A stretch of 61,835 nt of DNA, counting the filler, from Globobulimina sp. (Eukaryota), in NCBI GenBank assembly GCA_003354225.1. It is 14 parts of 14 records of this genome, joined end to end, with 100 filler letters (N's around TTAATTAATTAA, not from the genome) between each part and the next. Parts side by side here need not be neighbours in the genome. Positions count along the whole stretch, not along the records: positions 22,139 to 26,463 come from PIVH01001349.1; positions 26,564 to 30,887 come from PIVH01001350.1; positions 30,988 to 35,311 come from PIVH01001351.1; positions 35,412 to 39,734 come from PIVH01001352.1; 10 more parts are not named here. The stretch is one strand, 5' to 3'. The notes beneath the pieces are model-generated. The model made no database searches and was not told the origin of the DNA. It saw nothing but the letters and a program-made list of their open reading frames with translations. This document shows positions 24,066 through 36,760 of this stretch, in pieces; within the stretch, counting starts at the first letter, position 1, and every line of letters begins with the position of its first letter. Position numbers and translations under genes: made by a program.

Positions 24066-24932
24066 CTACGCAATAAATGCATTATAGATATATCCAACAC
24101 AGGCCATCAACACAACGCATAAAATCAACACCGGGCACCATCTCGTGGCACCACCAGAGGCTTCCAACAATTTCTTAATTTGTTCATTTCTGGATTCTAA
24201 TTTCTCAGTCACATTATCTATTTTCTCTTCAACTTCCTCCAACATTACTTGCTGTTTATCCAACTCCTCATTTATATCCGTCCCGATCGCATTCAATTGC
24301 ATCACGCCTTGCTTTATAACATCTAATTTGGTGTCCAACACTTGATCCCTTTCAATTGACTCCTGGATAAAGGCTTGTTGTTTGGTAGTAAGTGGCGCCG
24401 TGTCTGACGACATGAGCCCATCCGCCCTCTTTTTTTTTCGTTTCTCCCTCGCTTTCTGTGCTAATTGGAAGCCTCCGCCACCTACATCGCCGCCGCGTGG
24501 ATCGAACTCATTCTGTGTATATTCCAAATCCTGTTTCATTAATTGCATCAATTCTTGTCGGGATTTGACATCATCAGATTTTAATTCAGTTTGTCCGTTA
24601 TCTAAATCACGTTCATTCTCTCGATATGCGCCCTCCATTTTGCGCTGACAACGCTTGGCCTCCTCCATGTTTTTGTTGATTTTGTTTTTCAATTTGATCG
24701 ACTCTGCGTTTGTACCGACCCGTTCTTCGATACCTTTACGTGTCTTAATGTCTTGCTTTAATAGACATAATTTCTCATTTAATTCTAGTTTTGCGAGCTG
24801 GAATTCGTCCAAAGAGCTGGTCTCTGCGGAACGCGCTTTCTTTCCGCCGCAATCGTCTTCAATGATTTCTATTTCTTTTAATAATTGGGTTAGCGTACGG
24901 AGTTGCGTTTTGTCGATCCTATTCTCTGCCAT
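24066..24932 (-). CDS. Qc-SNARE / syntaxin (SYP7-like)
   Basis: SNARE motif DQVLDTKLDVIKQGVMQLNAIGTDINEELDKQQVMLEEVEEKID and C-terminal TM helix. Confidence 0.85.
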   Translation of the reverse strand: MAENRIDKTQLRTLTQLLKEIEIIEDDCGGKKARSAETSSLDEFQLAKLELNEKLCLLKQDIKTRKGIEERVGTNAESIKLKNKINKNMEEAKRCQRKMEGAYRENERDLDNGQTELKSDDVKSRQELMQLMKQDLEYTQNEFDPRGGDVGGGGFQLAQKAREKRKKKRADGLMSSDTAPLTTKQQAFIQESIERDQVLDTKLDVIKQGVMQLNAIGTDINEELDKQQVMLEEVEEKIDNVTEKLESRNEQIKKLLEASGGATRWCPVLILCVVLMACVGYIYNAFIA

Positions 24933-24999
24933 TTGAGATTTGGAGTTCAAACAAGGTTTTTGCAAGTTGTAGAAAGCAGATTTTGCACACTATCAAAAC

Positions 25000-25914
25000 A
25001 TGTCTTCGTTGCGCAGACTGATAAAAATTAAACCTGTGTTTAGGAATGCAATGAGATATAACTCATCATCCAGCCAATTGCAACAAGATATTGTTAAATT
25101 CGACCGTTTTGATGAAACGAGTCCCTCAGTATATGCCATTACAATGAATGATATTAAAACAAGGAATTGTTTATCTTCAAAAATGGTCGATTCCTTGATA
25201 TATTATATTGAAAATGCCGCTGCATTAACATCCGGAGAATGTCGTGTGTTGATTATAAATAGCAATCCAAATGGCACTACTTTTTGTTCTGGGCATAATT
25301 TAAAAGCATTATTCAATGCTATTAATGAGCAAAATGAAGAAGAATGGCAAAAACACTATGTAATGTGTAGTAATTTGTTACTATCGATGCAGTCATGTTC
25401 GTTGCCAATAATATGCTGCGTCCATGGTACCTGTACTGCATCGGCAATAGAAATAGCCAGTGTAGCTGATATGACCTTATGTACCAAAGATACCACATTT
25501 TGCATTCCTGGAATGAATTTGGGTCTCAATGCGTGCAAACCAGCCACAACTTTTAGCAACTCATTGAATCATAATTCATGGAAATTGGGATTGGAAATGT
25601 TATTGACTGGGAGAGAAACGATGGTTGATGCGACAATGGCGTATAACAAAGGATACATCAATTATGTTGCAGAGGATTATAATGATATGAATCGAATGAC
25701 GTTAAAGTATGCGGATAAAATAGCGAGTAAATCCAAGTTATGTGTATCCATCGGAAAGGACACTTTTTATCAACAGTTGAGATATAAAAGAGATATAAAA
25801 AAAGCATATCAATTGGCGTCTAATGTAATGGCTGATAATATGTTAACATATGATGCACGGGAAGGTATTCAAGCATTTTTGAATAAAACCATTCCCAAAT
25901 GGCATGATAAATAA
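25000..25914 (+). CDS. Mitochondrial enoyl-CoA hydratase/crotonase family protein (ECHDC3-like)
   Basis: FCSGHNLK, PIICCVHG, EMLLTG and DAREGIQAFLNK motifs, with a basic N-terminal transit peptide. Confidence 0.88.
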   Translation: MSSLRRLIKIKPVFRNAMRYNSSSSQLQQDIVKFDRFDETSPSVYAITMNDIKTRNCLSSKMVDSLIYYIENAAALTSGECRVLIINSNPNGTTFCSGHNLKALFNAINEQNEEEWQKHYVMCSNLLLSMQSCSLPIICCVHGTCTASAIEIASVADMTLCTKDTTFCIPGMNLGLNACKPATTFSNSLNHNSWKLGLEMLLTGRETMVDATMAYNKGYINYVAEDYNDMNRMTLKYADKIASKSKLCVSIGKDTFYQQLRYKRDIKKAYQLASNVMADNMLTYDAREGIQAFLNKTIPKWHDK

Positions 25915-26563
25915 TTTCCATTCCTGTTATATTAAATGTAATATAAGTTTGCAATTTCCAGAGTTTCAGAGGTGTATATATTATGTCCTACTGATTTTTA
26001 CCTATAAATAAAAATTACTGTAAATGTAACACCAGGATCTCTGTTGCAACTTGCATAAAGATTTGATTTAACACCAATATTGAATCGGAATTAAGAACTA
26101 GCATTAATATTAAAGCCACTGTCGACAGATGTGAAACGACTAACGAGTTAAGTTATAGTTTGTCCTGACTACTGAATTTCTCCTCTTGTATATTTCTAGT
26201 TAAAAGGTCTATTATATATTTATAATACCTATCCTATTACGTATATTCAAAATTTATTATTTATTACTTAAAATTCATTATTTATGTTTAAAAAAAAAAA
26301 CAATTATTGAGTTAAAATTGCAACAATCGATACAACGAAGGCGGCAAATGCCATCTTTTTTGCTTTTGCATGACTTGTGGTGGAATAAGCAATATCCATA
26401 AACATCTGCATAGTATGTGGATATCCATCGCCATCCGTACAATAGAACCAATACTCGACACTTNNNNNNNNNNNNNNNNNNNNNNNNNNNNNNNNNNNNN
26501 NNNNNNNTTAATTAATTAANNNNNNNNNNNNNNNNNNNNNNNNNNNNNNNNNNNNNNNNNNNN

Positions 26564-29162
26564 TAGTAAAAATAATGTTCTCAATGAAGGAAATATTGCC
26601 AATAATATGTCCCAGTTAAGTTTCCCCGATTTGTCAAAAAACATTGTATGAATCATTCTCCTCAAAGCGTCTAAATCCAAACTACCAATTGCATGGACGC
26701 ATTTGTTGTACAAAACGAAATAAAAGTTACATTTCGACAATAATTGTCAAATAACGTTTGCACATATTTCGGTATTTTTGGTAAGTTGATTGTATCTTTA
26801 GTTTGTTGAACAGCAACACATCGATAAAACCGATTCAACAGCAACACATAACCAATTTTCACAGTCATATGATACGCATCGGCTTTACTATATACTGCAA
26901 CATCTGATAATGCTTTGGCAATACATTTGATTGCATTCACATAATATCTGTAATCGTGATTCTGTGACTGCACAATAATAGTATTAAAATAAAAAACATC
27001 ATATCCACCAATAAATAATAGTTCTTGCTCATTCGAATAATCACTAAAAAATATGCAATCAATCCATGCACTTCGCCTAGCTATCTCTCCAAAACTCCAA
27101 TTATATCTAAAGCCAAGTTCCAACGTCACACCTGCTCCTCCACTAAAATTTGTAGCCACTGCATAGTCAGTTGTTGTACTCAGTGGGCCTTTAATATTGG
27201 CCCTGACAGTGGCAAATTGTGGCTCAATACTAATACCATGATAAACTTTACGATTCCACATATCATGATTTCCCAGCTCAGAACCGTAACAATCCACAAA
27301 TTCTCTCAATAATCTGCCCATATTGGCAAAATTGCTGTGTCTCCTTTTCAACGAAGCAATATCTTCATTGTTGATTTTGCGATACGTTTCTGAGAATTTA
27401 TACGCTAACTCCTGGGTATTTTTATTTCATTTTGTGATCCAAGCAAATTAAAGAAAATATAGATAATTGCGGCATACAGTATGATTACAATAAATCATGA
27501 GTGCCACCACATGGCGGGGTGTTAATGGAGAGCCTGATTTAATGCCATAAACAACATCTCTATCTTTCCCAACAGATGTCAATTTTTTTGCATACTCTGA
27601 ATGTGTATGAATTTGTGCTTTCTCAAATTCAGCATTCCACTCTGTATTGCCTAAGGTACAAATGGTATTATTCAACATCTCACCTTTCAAACTATCATAG
27701 TCTGCTCTAACATACCAATCTTTGAGTTTATATCCTTCATTTGTTGCATTATCTCGGTGATTTGACTTAATAATTGTGTCTATTTCATCTTCTTTATTCT
27801 TGTAATACGCCCAATAAAAATAACGATATCCATAATCATAAAATAATTGATGTGAATGATCAACATTTAACACAAATTTATTTACAGCGCCAACAGCTTT
27901 TAAAGCACTTTTATCTGCAAATAATTTGTGTCTCTCAGCCATATATTTTTGCATTTTTATAGTTGGAAGACATACTTCATCGCTTTTACTTTCGTAATTA
28001 TCTTTTGTATCATCCAATATTCGTAGTTTCTCTTTTCGTGTGAACCTAAATCCAATATCAAACGTATGGAAAAAATGACAATGTAATTTATCTAATATTT
28101 GTTGTCTGGCCCTATATTTTGCATCGTTACTATATTTACTATGGACCGGTGTCAACATTCTGTCTCTGTGCTGCCTTTTAGCCATTGTGCAATCTGTTAA
28201 TTTGCAAATCTCGCCATCATTACATTCTGTTACTAATAAATTAAAAATTTCTTCAAATTGATGATCATGTTTTGATAATAAATGATGAAAATCATTCAAT
28301 AATAATATAACATCATCTCCTTAATTCCAAAACCGATGTCATGTTTATATTCTTCATTGTGTTGCTGCTGGGAAGTAAACGCATAATATCTCTTTAAAAC
28401 CGTTGCAATTTTACTCACACATTCCTTTACATCGCATTTCGTATCAAACGTGGCATCGTTTGGCATCTGTACTAAATATGTGGATGTTGAGTAAACTTGT
28501 TTGACTTCTGTCAGTTCTGTGTTATTTTATTTTGTGTTGTGTATCATATTTGTCATATCAAACAAGTAGAAATATACAATAATGAACGAACCAGTTTCAT
28601 TAAGTTCATCAAATAACGTCTGCAAAAGATGTTGTTTCTCATTATTAACTTCTGTAACAACTGTTCCTTTTGATTTCAATTTAATGGCATTCAAATACGT
28701 TTGCTGTTTATCATTTTGGTTTGATTTCACATAAACAACCAAATATTGAACTTTCCTGAATGCTTTTTTGAATTTTACCTTTGCTTTTTCTTGTAAAGTT
28801 ATTGTTTGTCCCTTATTCAATTTTTTTGTGCTGCATTCATAGGATATAGCAGGTGCCATATCGTCAATGTCATCAAAATTCACCTCTTTATTTTGTGTAA
28901 CATAAATATTAATTGTTTTTGGTGGAGATATGTCTTCGTTAGTTTTCATTGTTGCTGTTTTTGCATAAAATGTAATTGATTGCAAATGAATAGCTTTTCT
29001 AAATCCAAATATGATCAATAATTCTTCATCAGCATCGGATGTCACATATTTTAATTTGTCTGCTTTGTTTTGTTTAATGAGTTCATATTTATCTTTGAAT
29101 GTCGAACAATCATCGCTGAAATTCAAAATATCAAAATCATCCACAAGTTGTGAAACATCCAT
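26564..29162 (-). CDS. Multi-exon protein: N-terminal PITH domain, central Cys/His region, ADP-ribosyltransferase-like domain; junction near 28320 uncertain; cut by contig end
   Basis: PITH: SDADEELLIIFGF...PPKTINIY...KVQYLVVYVKSNQ. ART-like: VYHGIS...GPLSTTT...SDYSNEQELLF. Introns at 28517-28591 and about 27412-27477. Confidence 0.6.
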
Positions 29163-29196
29163 TGAACTAAAAACGAGAAAAAAACGTTTGCCAAAA

Positions 29197-30597
29197 ATGG
29201 GTGGAATCTTATCAACAAACTCTATAACAGAGACAACAGAGGCAACAGACACATATCCACCAGTTGTTAACGAAAAAATATTATTACTAGGATATTTAAG
29301 ACAACTCTGTGTTAACAATGCACTGATTCCAAATGATATATTTGAAATAGTTTTATTATATTATCATTTAAATGTTTTATGCATAATATCACAGAATGAT
29401 AAACTTAATATAATTGAATTAGATAAAGAAAAAAATATTCGCTACAACAATCCAAGAGTATATAGATACCGTCGCGATGTGTTATATCAACGGAAATTAG
29501 GTATAATTGATTACAATCTGATACCATATACTTTAAATAAATCATTACTTGAACAAATTGAACCATTACAAAGGAAAAACACTAACTTTCGAGACAATAA
29601 TAAGTTTATAAAATCGCACATTGAAAACGAAAATGAGAGCAATAATCTCAAAATACAAGATTTAATTGATCCGTATAATAATATTCATACATTTAAGTCT
29701 AATGAAATTCATTGGATACCGACAATATTTGAGAGAGAAAAAGATAAAATTAATAATAAAGTATGGTTTAAAATAGTATCAGAAATTAACGATTTACCAT
29801 CAAAAGAATATGGAAATAACTTGTATCAAACACTAGAGAATATATTCAATGAATTTGTACCATTATTTAACGATATTATGTACGATCCATTGTGTATTGA
29901 AAAGAAAAGACAATTTGCTGCGCCGAATTGTAATAATATATTTGAAAATATTTATTCCGAAAAGAGATTGTTTGTCGTAATTAAAATGCAGGATTATATA
30001 TTTAATGGCAAATGCGAATATAAACCAAATTGGCACAAAGAAGGTTATGATACAGAATGTATTGAAGCTGTTGGAATATATTATTTTCATACTACAAATT
30101 CAAAATATTTTCAATGCAATGAGTTGGAATTAAAATGCATCACAGGTTTAGAGGATAAGGCAAATGGATGTGGCAAATATTGGAGGAAATTTGATAAGAA
30201 AAACATTGAAACCGTTGAGAATATGTGCATTGCATTTAAAAATGATCCAAAGTTTTCTTCATTTTCATACCGGTATGTTATTGATGGAAACGAGAATGCC
30301 ATATTACACAGAGCACATTTAAAAGTTGCTGATATGGATGATAATAAAGATAGCGTTTCAAGAAAGATTTTATCATTTTTTGTAATTGATCCAATTCATG
30401 GATATGAGAAATGGAACGGTGATAACACAAAATCGTTATTTCAAAATGTAAATGGTGAGAAAATGAGTAAATTAATGTATAATAGAAATAGAGAGAAAAA
30501 AAATAATCCACATAATTTGATGTATAGTATGAAACCACCCGATTGGGTGGAAGATGATCCATTGACTCGGATTGTCTATGCTGGAATGGGTGATTAA
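29197..30597 (+). CDS. DUF4246-family putative 2OG-Fe(II) oxygenase
   Basis: WIPTIF, SEINDL, VVIKMQDY, WHKEGYDTECIEAVGIYY, ILHR and RKILSFFVIDP motifs. MG N-terminus. Confidence 0.75.
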   Translation: MGGILSTNSITETTEATDTYPPVVNEKILLLGYLRQLCVNNALIPNDIFEIVLLYYHLNVLCIISQNDKLNIIELDKEKNIRYNNPRVYRYRRDVLYQRKLGIIDYNLIPYTLNKSLLEQIEPLQRKNTNFRDNNKFIKSHIENENESNNLKIQDLIDPYNNIHTFKSNEIHWIPTIFEREKDKINNKVWFKIVSEINDLPSKEYGNNLYQTLENIFNEFVPLFNDIMYDPLCIEKKRQFAAPNCNNIFENIYSEKRLFVVIKMQDYIFNGKCEYKPNWHKEGYDTECIEAVGIYYFHTTNSKYFQCNELELKCITGLEDKANGCGKYWRKFDKKNIETVENMCIAFKNDPKFSSFSYRYVIDGNENAILHRAHLKVADMDDNKDSVSRKILSFFVIDPIHGYEKWNGDNTKSLFQNVNGEKMSKLMYNRNREKKNNPHNLMYSMKPPDWVEDDPLTRIVYAGMGD

Positions 30598-30987
30598 TAT
30601 TGACACTCATTCTATGCCTATCACAAACACTCATATTCAAATGTAGTGCACATTTAATTAATTATATGTTTGTTACTAATTATTATTTTTTATTTGTATT
30701 AATAACGTACTATTATGTTATGTGAAGAACATGTGATAAAAATAAAGGAATGCATTAAAGTCAGAGGTTTGAGAGGTTGAGAGGAGAGGTTCGGAGGTTT
30801 AGGCGTTGAGAAGTTGAGAGTTTCAGAAGTTGAATTATTATTGAAACAAGAATCCAATTCTACGATACTTTTATCCACCAACTTCCTNNNNNNNNNNNNN
30901 NNNNNNNNNNNNNNNNNNNNNNNNNNNNNNNTTAATTAATTAANNNNNNNNNNNNNNNNNNNNNNNNNNNNNNNNNNNNNNNNNNNN

Positions 30988-31973
30988 ACGAGCAAATAAC
31001 AGATTCAATCAGTCATGGCAGTATTATTGGTTCGCCCAACGGAGATGTTTCCAATGAACATGAATTAATTGAATTATTTAAAGCGGTAAACAACGCATGT
31101 TTGGATAATATGGGTATAAGGATTACTAAGGCTTTTTTTCTATTTGTTGCGAATTGGCAAATACTTCAAACATATGATTCAAACGTAAATGAAAACACAT
31201 TGTTTTTATATGTGCGATTTGAGTCACATAACGATAACGCAGCATTTCATCTTTTGGATAAACAATCATTAGGGTTTAAGGTTATTGTTGCAGTCAGAAA
31301 ACCTAAAATAAAAAAAGCAATTCAAAGTTGTAAACCATATCGTCACAAATTCTCAAAGGAACAGCAAACAAATCCTCAAAGGAATGATACAATACATCAA
31401 AATCTACCAATTTTTCATGGATCATCAAACAAATTGAATTTTTCCCATTGTCACGAACTGTTTGCTAAAAAAAATAAAAAAAATAATAATTATCAACAGC
31501 ATCAACTCGTACAAGATATATTTAATCATAAATTATATACACGCATTCCAGCCATGCCTCCAATAAAAGTGAGCAATAAAAATAATAATATGAATAATAA
31601 TATGGATAATATGAATAATGATAATATGAGTGGTCGTGGCCCATTCAATAATAATAATAATAACAACAATTCAGATTTAAATAATGCACGTAATGGATAT
31701 AAAAATAATAACAATAATAATAATAATCAATATAAAAAAATGCAAAATGAAGGAAATAATAGAAATAGTGTTCAAAATGGACAAAATGCAGAAAATGAAC
31801 CTAATATGGCAATAAATGAGGAAAATAACGACAATGATAGTGGTTTATGTGATAGATTGGATGCATTAAATGGTGAACAAAATAAATTGATTCAACAAAT
31901 GCGAGCTAAAATTGCTCGATTGGTGGAAGAGAATATAGCTTTGAAACAAAAATTATTGAATCAAAAAAGATAA
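30988..31973 (+). CDS. Hypothetical protein fragment with Asn-rich tract and C-terminal coiled coil
   Basis: Long ORF with poly-Asn and LIQQMRAKIARLVEENIALKQKL. Confidence 0.45.
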
Positions 31974-32148
31974 TTCCAATGATTAAATCTCACTGTCTTT
32001 GTTATACCTTTTCATCATTATCAATTAATTTAAGTTTAAAGAGTCTGATCTGATCCTTCTTTTCAAATTATAAAAAGAAAAGAATACTAAAAAACTGTTA
32101 TCATTAAAAATCAACACTTCACTTTTTCTTTTTTTCTTGTTTCTTAGC

Positions 32149-35100
32149 ATGAAATCGTCCTCATCAGGTATTTGTAATCATTCATGAAGATAATTCAATT
32201 ACAACTCAATTAACACAAATCTAAACAGTCGTCCTCCTCTTTATCGTTTTATTACTAGGTTGAAAATAATTTTCGTCTTAGTCATTATGTTGTACATATA
32301 TATTTAAGCGGACCTTATAATATATTTAATATACATTCATTACAGCTAATAAATCGTTGGCGAGAAGAGCTACCCGTTGGAATAAACGATTTGGAGCAAG
32401 ATCAAAATCAAAATCGTCCTCCTCCAAAACTGGTGATATTGCTCGTGGTTCGTGGAGAAAAGGAAGAAATGCAAAAAATGATGAAAAAGGCACAAATATT
32501 GGTTCATTGTCACAATGTAATGACCAATCCAATTGTTTAAATTTTGAAACAAATAAAATTAAAAAATCAAATGAATATGAATATGAAATGTGTGTTTATT
32601 GGGATGACGAAAATCCAAAATGTAATAAAAAAGAAGCAATATCCTCAATTTGTAATGCAAAAAGAATAAAATCACGACGAAATGGTTGGAATGCCGGTAT
32701 TTCGAATAAAATTTGTAAGAAAGTAAGATGTGGACAAGTCGCAAAATTTGGAGTTAAAGATGGTGATGGATGTAAATCGTCATCATCAGTAAGTACATCA
32801 TTCAATAATATTAAAGCAGAATGTGTATATGATGGCGGTTATTGCGCTGAATGTAATGCAGCAGATTGTTCGTGGAAGATACAGGCACCAAAATGTTATC
32901 AATCTCTATCAGAATCACAATCAAAATCAGAATCAGAATCAGAATCAAAATCAGAATCAAAATCAAGTTAAATACCTTGTTCTAAACAAGTCAGATGACA
33001 CTAGGTTTAATTTATGATAATATGCAGAACCAAAGGCGACACCAAGACCAACCAAATGGAGAAAAACATCTGACTCAAGCTCTGAATCTGGAAACAAAAC
33101 CCGTAGAAAAAAAAGATGGAAACGAAAACAAGAAGAGACATCCTCAGATTCCGCGAAATCAAGCACAAGTTCAAGTTCATCATCTTCACCAAATGGAAGC
33201 AGCAAATCGCCTACAAAAACACCAACAAATTGGAAAACAAATAAACCAACAATAAGACCTAGTTAATACTAATAAATTCTTGTTAAAAAATTACCTCTCA
33301 ACAACACAAATATATAACAGGTACAACACATATCGGAGAGATTTGTCGTTATTCATTTTTCAAAGATAAGAAATTTGATTTTTTGATCTTATTTGATAAT
33401 TCATGCGGTTTATCATTCAATGATTGCAATAATTTGCTTACAGGAATTGGTAAAATTATATCAAACATAAAAGGTAATGATCCAACACAATCAAGAGTTG
33501 CTGTGATGCAATTTACTGCACACACACCACAGACATTAATCCCCTTTGATTCTTCATTACAAAATAATGTTTCACAACTTATAGATTATATTTCGCAAAA
33601 TGGTGAATGTAAACATGGTGGGCACGATAAAACAAATTTGGTTGAAGCTTTAAATGATGGACAGGAACTATTTGATGTTGCTGATGATCGAATTGATAAA
33701 ATTATTATAGTTTCAGCTTGTAAAGATTGGCGAAGTAAAACAATTTGTGATGAGATTGCACCAAATTTATTTGATAAAAGGATTGATGCATCGATTGTTA
33801 ATTTAGCAGATACATCAGATGCAGACAATGTTATTATAAAACAAGAGTCGCATACATATTTACAATGTGTTGCTGATAATGATTCGCATCGAGTGTGTAC
33901 CGGATGCGACTTTGACGATATAATAGAAAATTGTTTACTGCCTCAAATATGTTCACCAACAAAATGGCAAACACCACAACCAACGGAATGGCCAACAAGA
34001 GAACCAACTAAATTTCCGATAAAAGAACAATCTCCAAATCCTACAAATAAGCCAACAGCTCAACCTACACCAAGTCCAACAAAATGGCCAACTAATAAAC
34101 CAACATCATATCCCACACAATGGCCAACTAATAAGCCAACAAAATGGCCAACATACACACCTACATATATTCCAACATCAAAGCCAACAAAAAAACCAAC
34201 ATCTGAACCTACTAAATTCCCAACTCATGATCCAACACCTCAACCTACACCAAATCCAACTAAAAATCCAACAAATCGGCCAACTCAATCCCCTACAAAG
34301 CGACCAAGTTATTTCTATTGACAAAAATTTCAAATAAATAATAATAATATATGACAGCACCATCGCCAATTGAAGATATCTGTCCATATGAAGTTAGAAA
34401 AGGATTTGAATTCGATTTTATTGTATTATTTGATAATTCGTGCGGATTAACAGATGATGATTGTGATGACTTATTAGAAGGTGTTGGTGAGATTATATCA
34501 AAAATATCTGATGATAGCAATAATACGCGGGTTCAAACCATGCAAATTAATCAAAAGGGTGCTCCAGACATTGTTGTTCATTTTAATAATATAAATTTAC
34601 AAAATGATCCTTTGAAATACGTACAATTTGTAAGAGAAAATGGTGAATGTACAGATGGGGGACAAGGTCAAACAGATTTAGTTGCAGCATTGAAGGATGC
34701 GGCACTTTATTTTGATTTGAATGATGATCGAATCGATAAAATGATCATTATAAATGCATGTAAAGATAAGAGGAACAAAATATGTGATGAGATAGCTCCG
34801 AATTTATCAAACAAAGGCATTGACTCATATGTTGTTAATTTGCTTGCTGCATCGGATTCAAATAACACAATCACAAAACAAGAATCAAACACATATTTAA
34901 TTTGCATGGCGGATAATAATATAAATAGAGTATGTTCAGGCAAGGATGGAGAGGGTGTCTCAGTGGATGAATTTACAGATATTATTCAACACTGTTTATT
35001 ACCGGAAATATGTCAACCACCAACACCATCACCAACAGATTATCCAACCCCAGAACCAACACCGCAACCTACACCATGGCCAACCAGATGGCCAACTAAT

Positions 35101-35311
35101 AAACCAACAGAATGGCCAACCTATACACCTTCTAATAATCCAACGATACAACCAACAGAATTGCCAACAGAATGGCCAACAGATTATCCAACATTAGATC
35201 CCACATACAATCCAACTATAGAACCTTCACCATCACCAACAGCATTCCCAACCGAAGACCCAACATATGCCCCCACACCCAACCCAACCGAGAATCCAAC
35301 CGAATGGCCCA
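32149..35311 (+). CDS. Secreted multi-exon protein with two VWA-like domains and PT(xx)P repeats; cut by contig end
   Basis: Spliced signal peptide MKSSSSVVLLFIVLLLANKSLA (introns about 32168-32228 and 32259-32345). Duplicated DFxxLFDNSCG MIDAS-like domains near 33380 and 34410. PTxWPT repeats. Internal exon boundaries are approximate. Confidence 0.65.
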
Positions 35312-35411
35312 NNNNNNNNNNNNNNNNNNNNNNNNNNNNNNNNNNNNNNNNNNNNTTAATTAATTAANNNNNNNNNNNNNNNNNNNNNNNNNNNNNNNNN
35401 NNNNNNNNNNN

Positions 35412-35584
35412 ATAAAGACAAACAAATTAAATTGTTGAAAGAGATTGAAAAACGGGAAAAGAAGAGGAAAAGGAAAAAGAAGAAACACAGAAAACGGAGA
35501 TATAGATCACGTTCACGGTCGAGATCTAGGGAGCGACGTAAAAAAAAACGAGTACGTAAACGTTCCCGTTCCCGTTCGCGTTGA
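35412..35584 (+). CDS. Arg/Ser-rich C-terminal fragment (splicing-factor-like)
   Basis: KRRYRSRSRSRSRERRKKKRVRKRSRSRSR followed by a stop. Confidence 0.6.
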
Positions 35585-35721
35585 TAAAACATTGTAACTT
35601 AAATTAAAAAAATTCGCCTTGCTCCACGGTTTTTTTTTGCTGATAACATCCTTGCACTCGAATACACTGAAAAAGTAATCTGATTATATCTGATATGACA
35701 ATAAATAAACATTGACGAGAT

Positions 35722-36645
35722 TTAGCTCCACCTTGTTTTTTTCCTTCGTTTTGTAGGTGGCTGATTCGCATCATTTCCCTTTAGCTTTGCCTTGGAATCG
35801 GAGGAATATACAATTGTATCCTTATGCGTCCTGACCCCCAATATACTTTGTTTGGTAGTATTAACATTTGTATCCAATGTATTTATGGCAGCAATTCCAT
35901 TATTATTTGTGCGCGCAGTTAATAACATTTGTTGCATTCTGATTTGTTGCATTCTATTACTTGGCATATAATGTTGTGTCCGTGCATTCAAAATGAGATT
36001 TTTTTGCATGACATCCACCGTTGTATTTGCATTATTATTCTGAACATTAAAATTCTTAAAATTCCTGATATATTGCATGATATTAATTGGTTTATGTTGT
36101 GGTTGTTTGATGGCTGTGATAACTGCACTTTGTTTGAGCTGTTGTTTAATGAGTTGTTGTTTTTTGTGTTTTTTTATTTCCTCAATGCACCAACATCCTT
36201 TCTTTGTGTTTGGATTATGAATGGTTGGACAGCCAATGTCTGTGAATTGCTTCACAATATGCAATGACGTGCCTTCATCCATTAATTCCATGCTTTTTGT
36301 TTTTGTGTGTTTTATGAATGATTGATATTCGTATTTATGGTTATTTAAATTGAATTTATTGATCTGTTCTTTTATGGTGACAGTGTTATTAAATTCAGGC
36401 TTATTGCATGTATTTTGTAACCATGTTTCATTTGAAGCCTCCAATTCGAATTTCCTGAGTAACAAATCTGTGGCAGAGGTCTCATCGTGTTTAGTTTTGG
36501 GCGATGGTGGGATTGTTGGTGGTGGGTTCAACGCCCTTTCTTTTTTCTTTTTATTATTTTTATTATCATTGGTGTTGTTATTGCTTTCTTTTTTTTTTAG
36601 TTGTTCTGAAACAAGAAAATCTAACGTTTTTTTGGTTGATGTCAT
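35722..36645 (-). CDS. Hypothetical nuclear protein
   Basis: About 307-aa ORF ending in the NLS-like KRRKKTRWS. Confidence 0.6.
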   Translation of the reverse strand: MTSTKKTLDFLVSEQLKKKESNNNTNDNKNNKKKKERALNPPPTIPPSPKTKHDETSATDLLLRKFELEASNETWLQNTCNKPEFNNTVTIKEQINKFNLNNHKYEYQSFIKHTKTKSMELMDEGTSLHIVKQFTDIGCPTIHNPNTKKGCWCIEEIKKHKKQQLIKQQLKQSAVITAIKQPQHKPINIMQYIRNFKNFNVQNNNANTTVDVMQKNLILNARTQHYMPSNRMQQIRMQQMLLTARTNNNGIAAINTLDTNVNTTKQSILGVRTHKDTIVYSSDSKAKLKGNDANQPPTKRRKKTRWS

Positions 36646-36760
36646 GCCTGTCTTATTTGTTGTTGTCAACAAGTCGACGATTTGCTCTGATAATTAAATG
36701 TCTAAAAATAGAATTGAAGTTTTTTGTTTAAGTAATTAAGCATATACAATGGACGATTAA

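Noticed and set aside
29011-29318. Long antisense overlap of the PITH and DUF4246 ORFs
   Set aside because: Produced by upstream start choices in the ORF track. The likely starts at 29162 (minus) and 29197 (plus) do not overlap.
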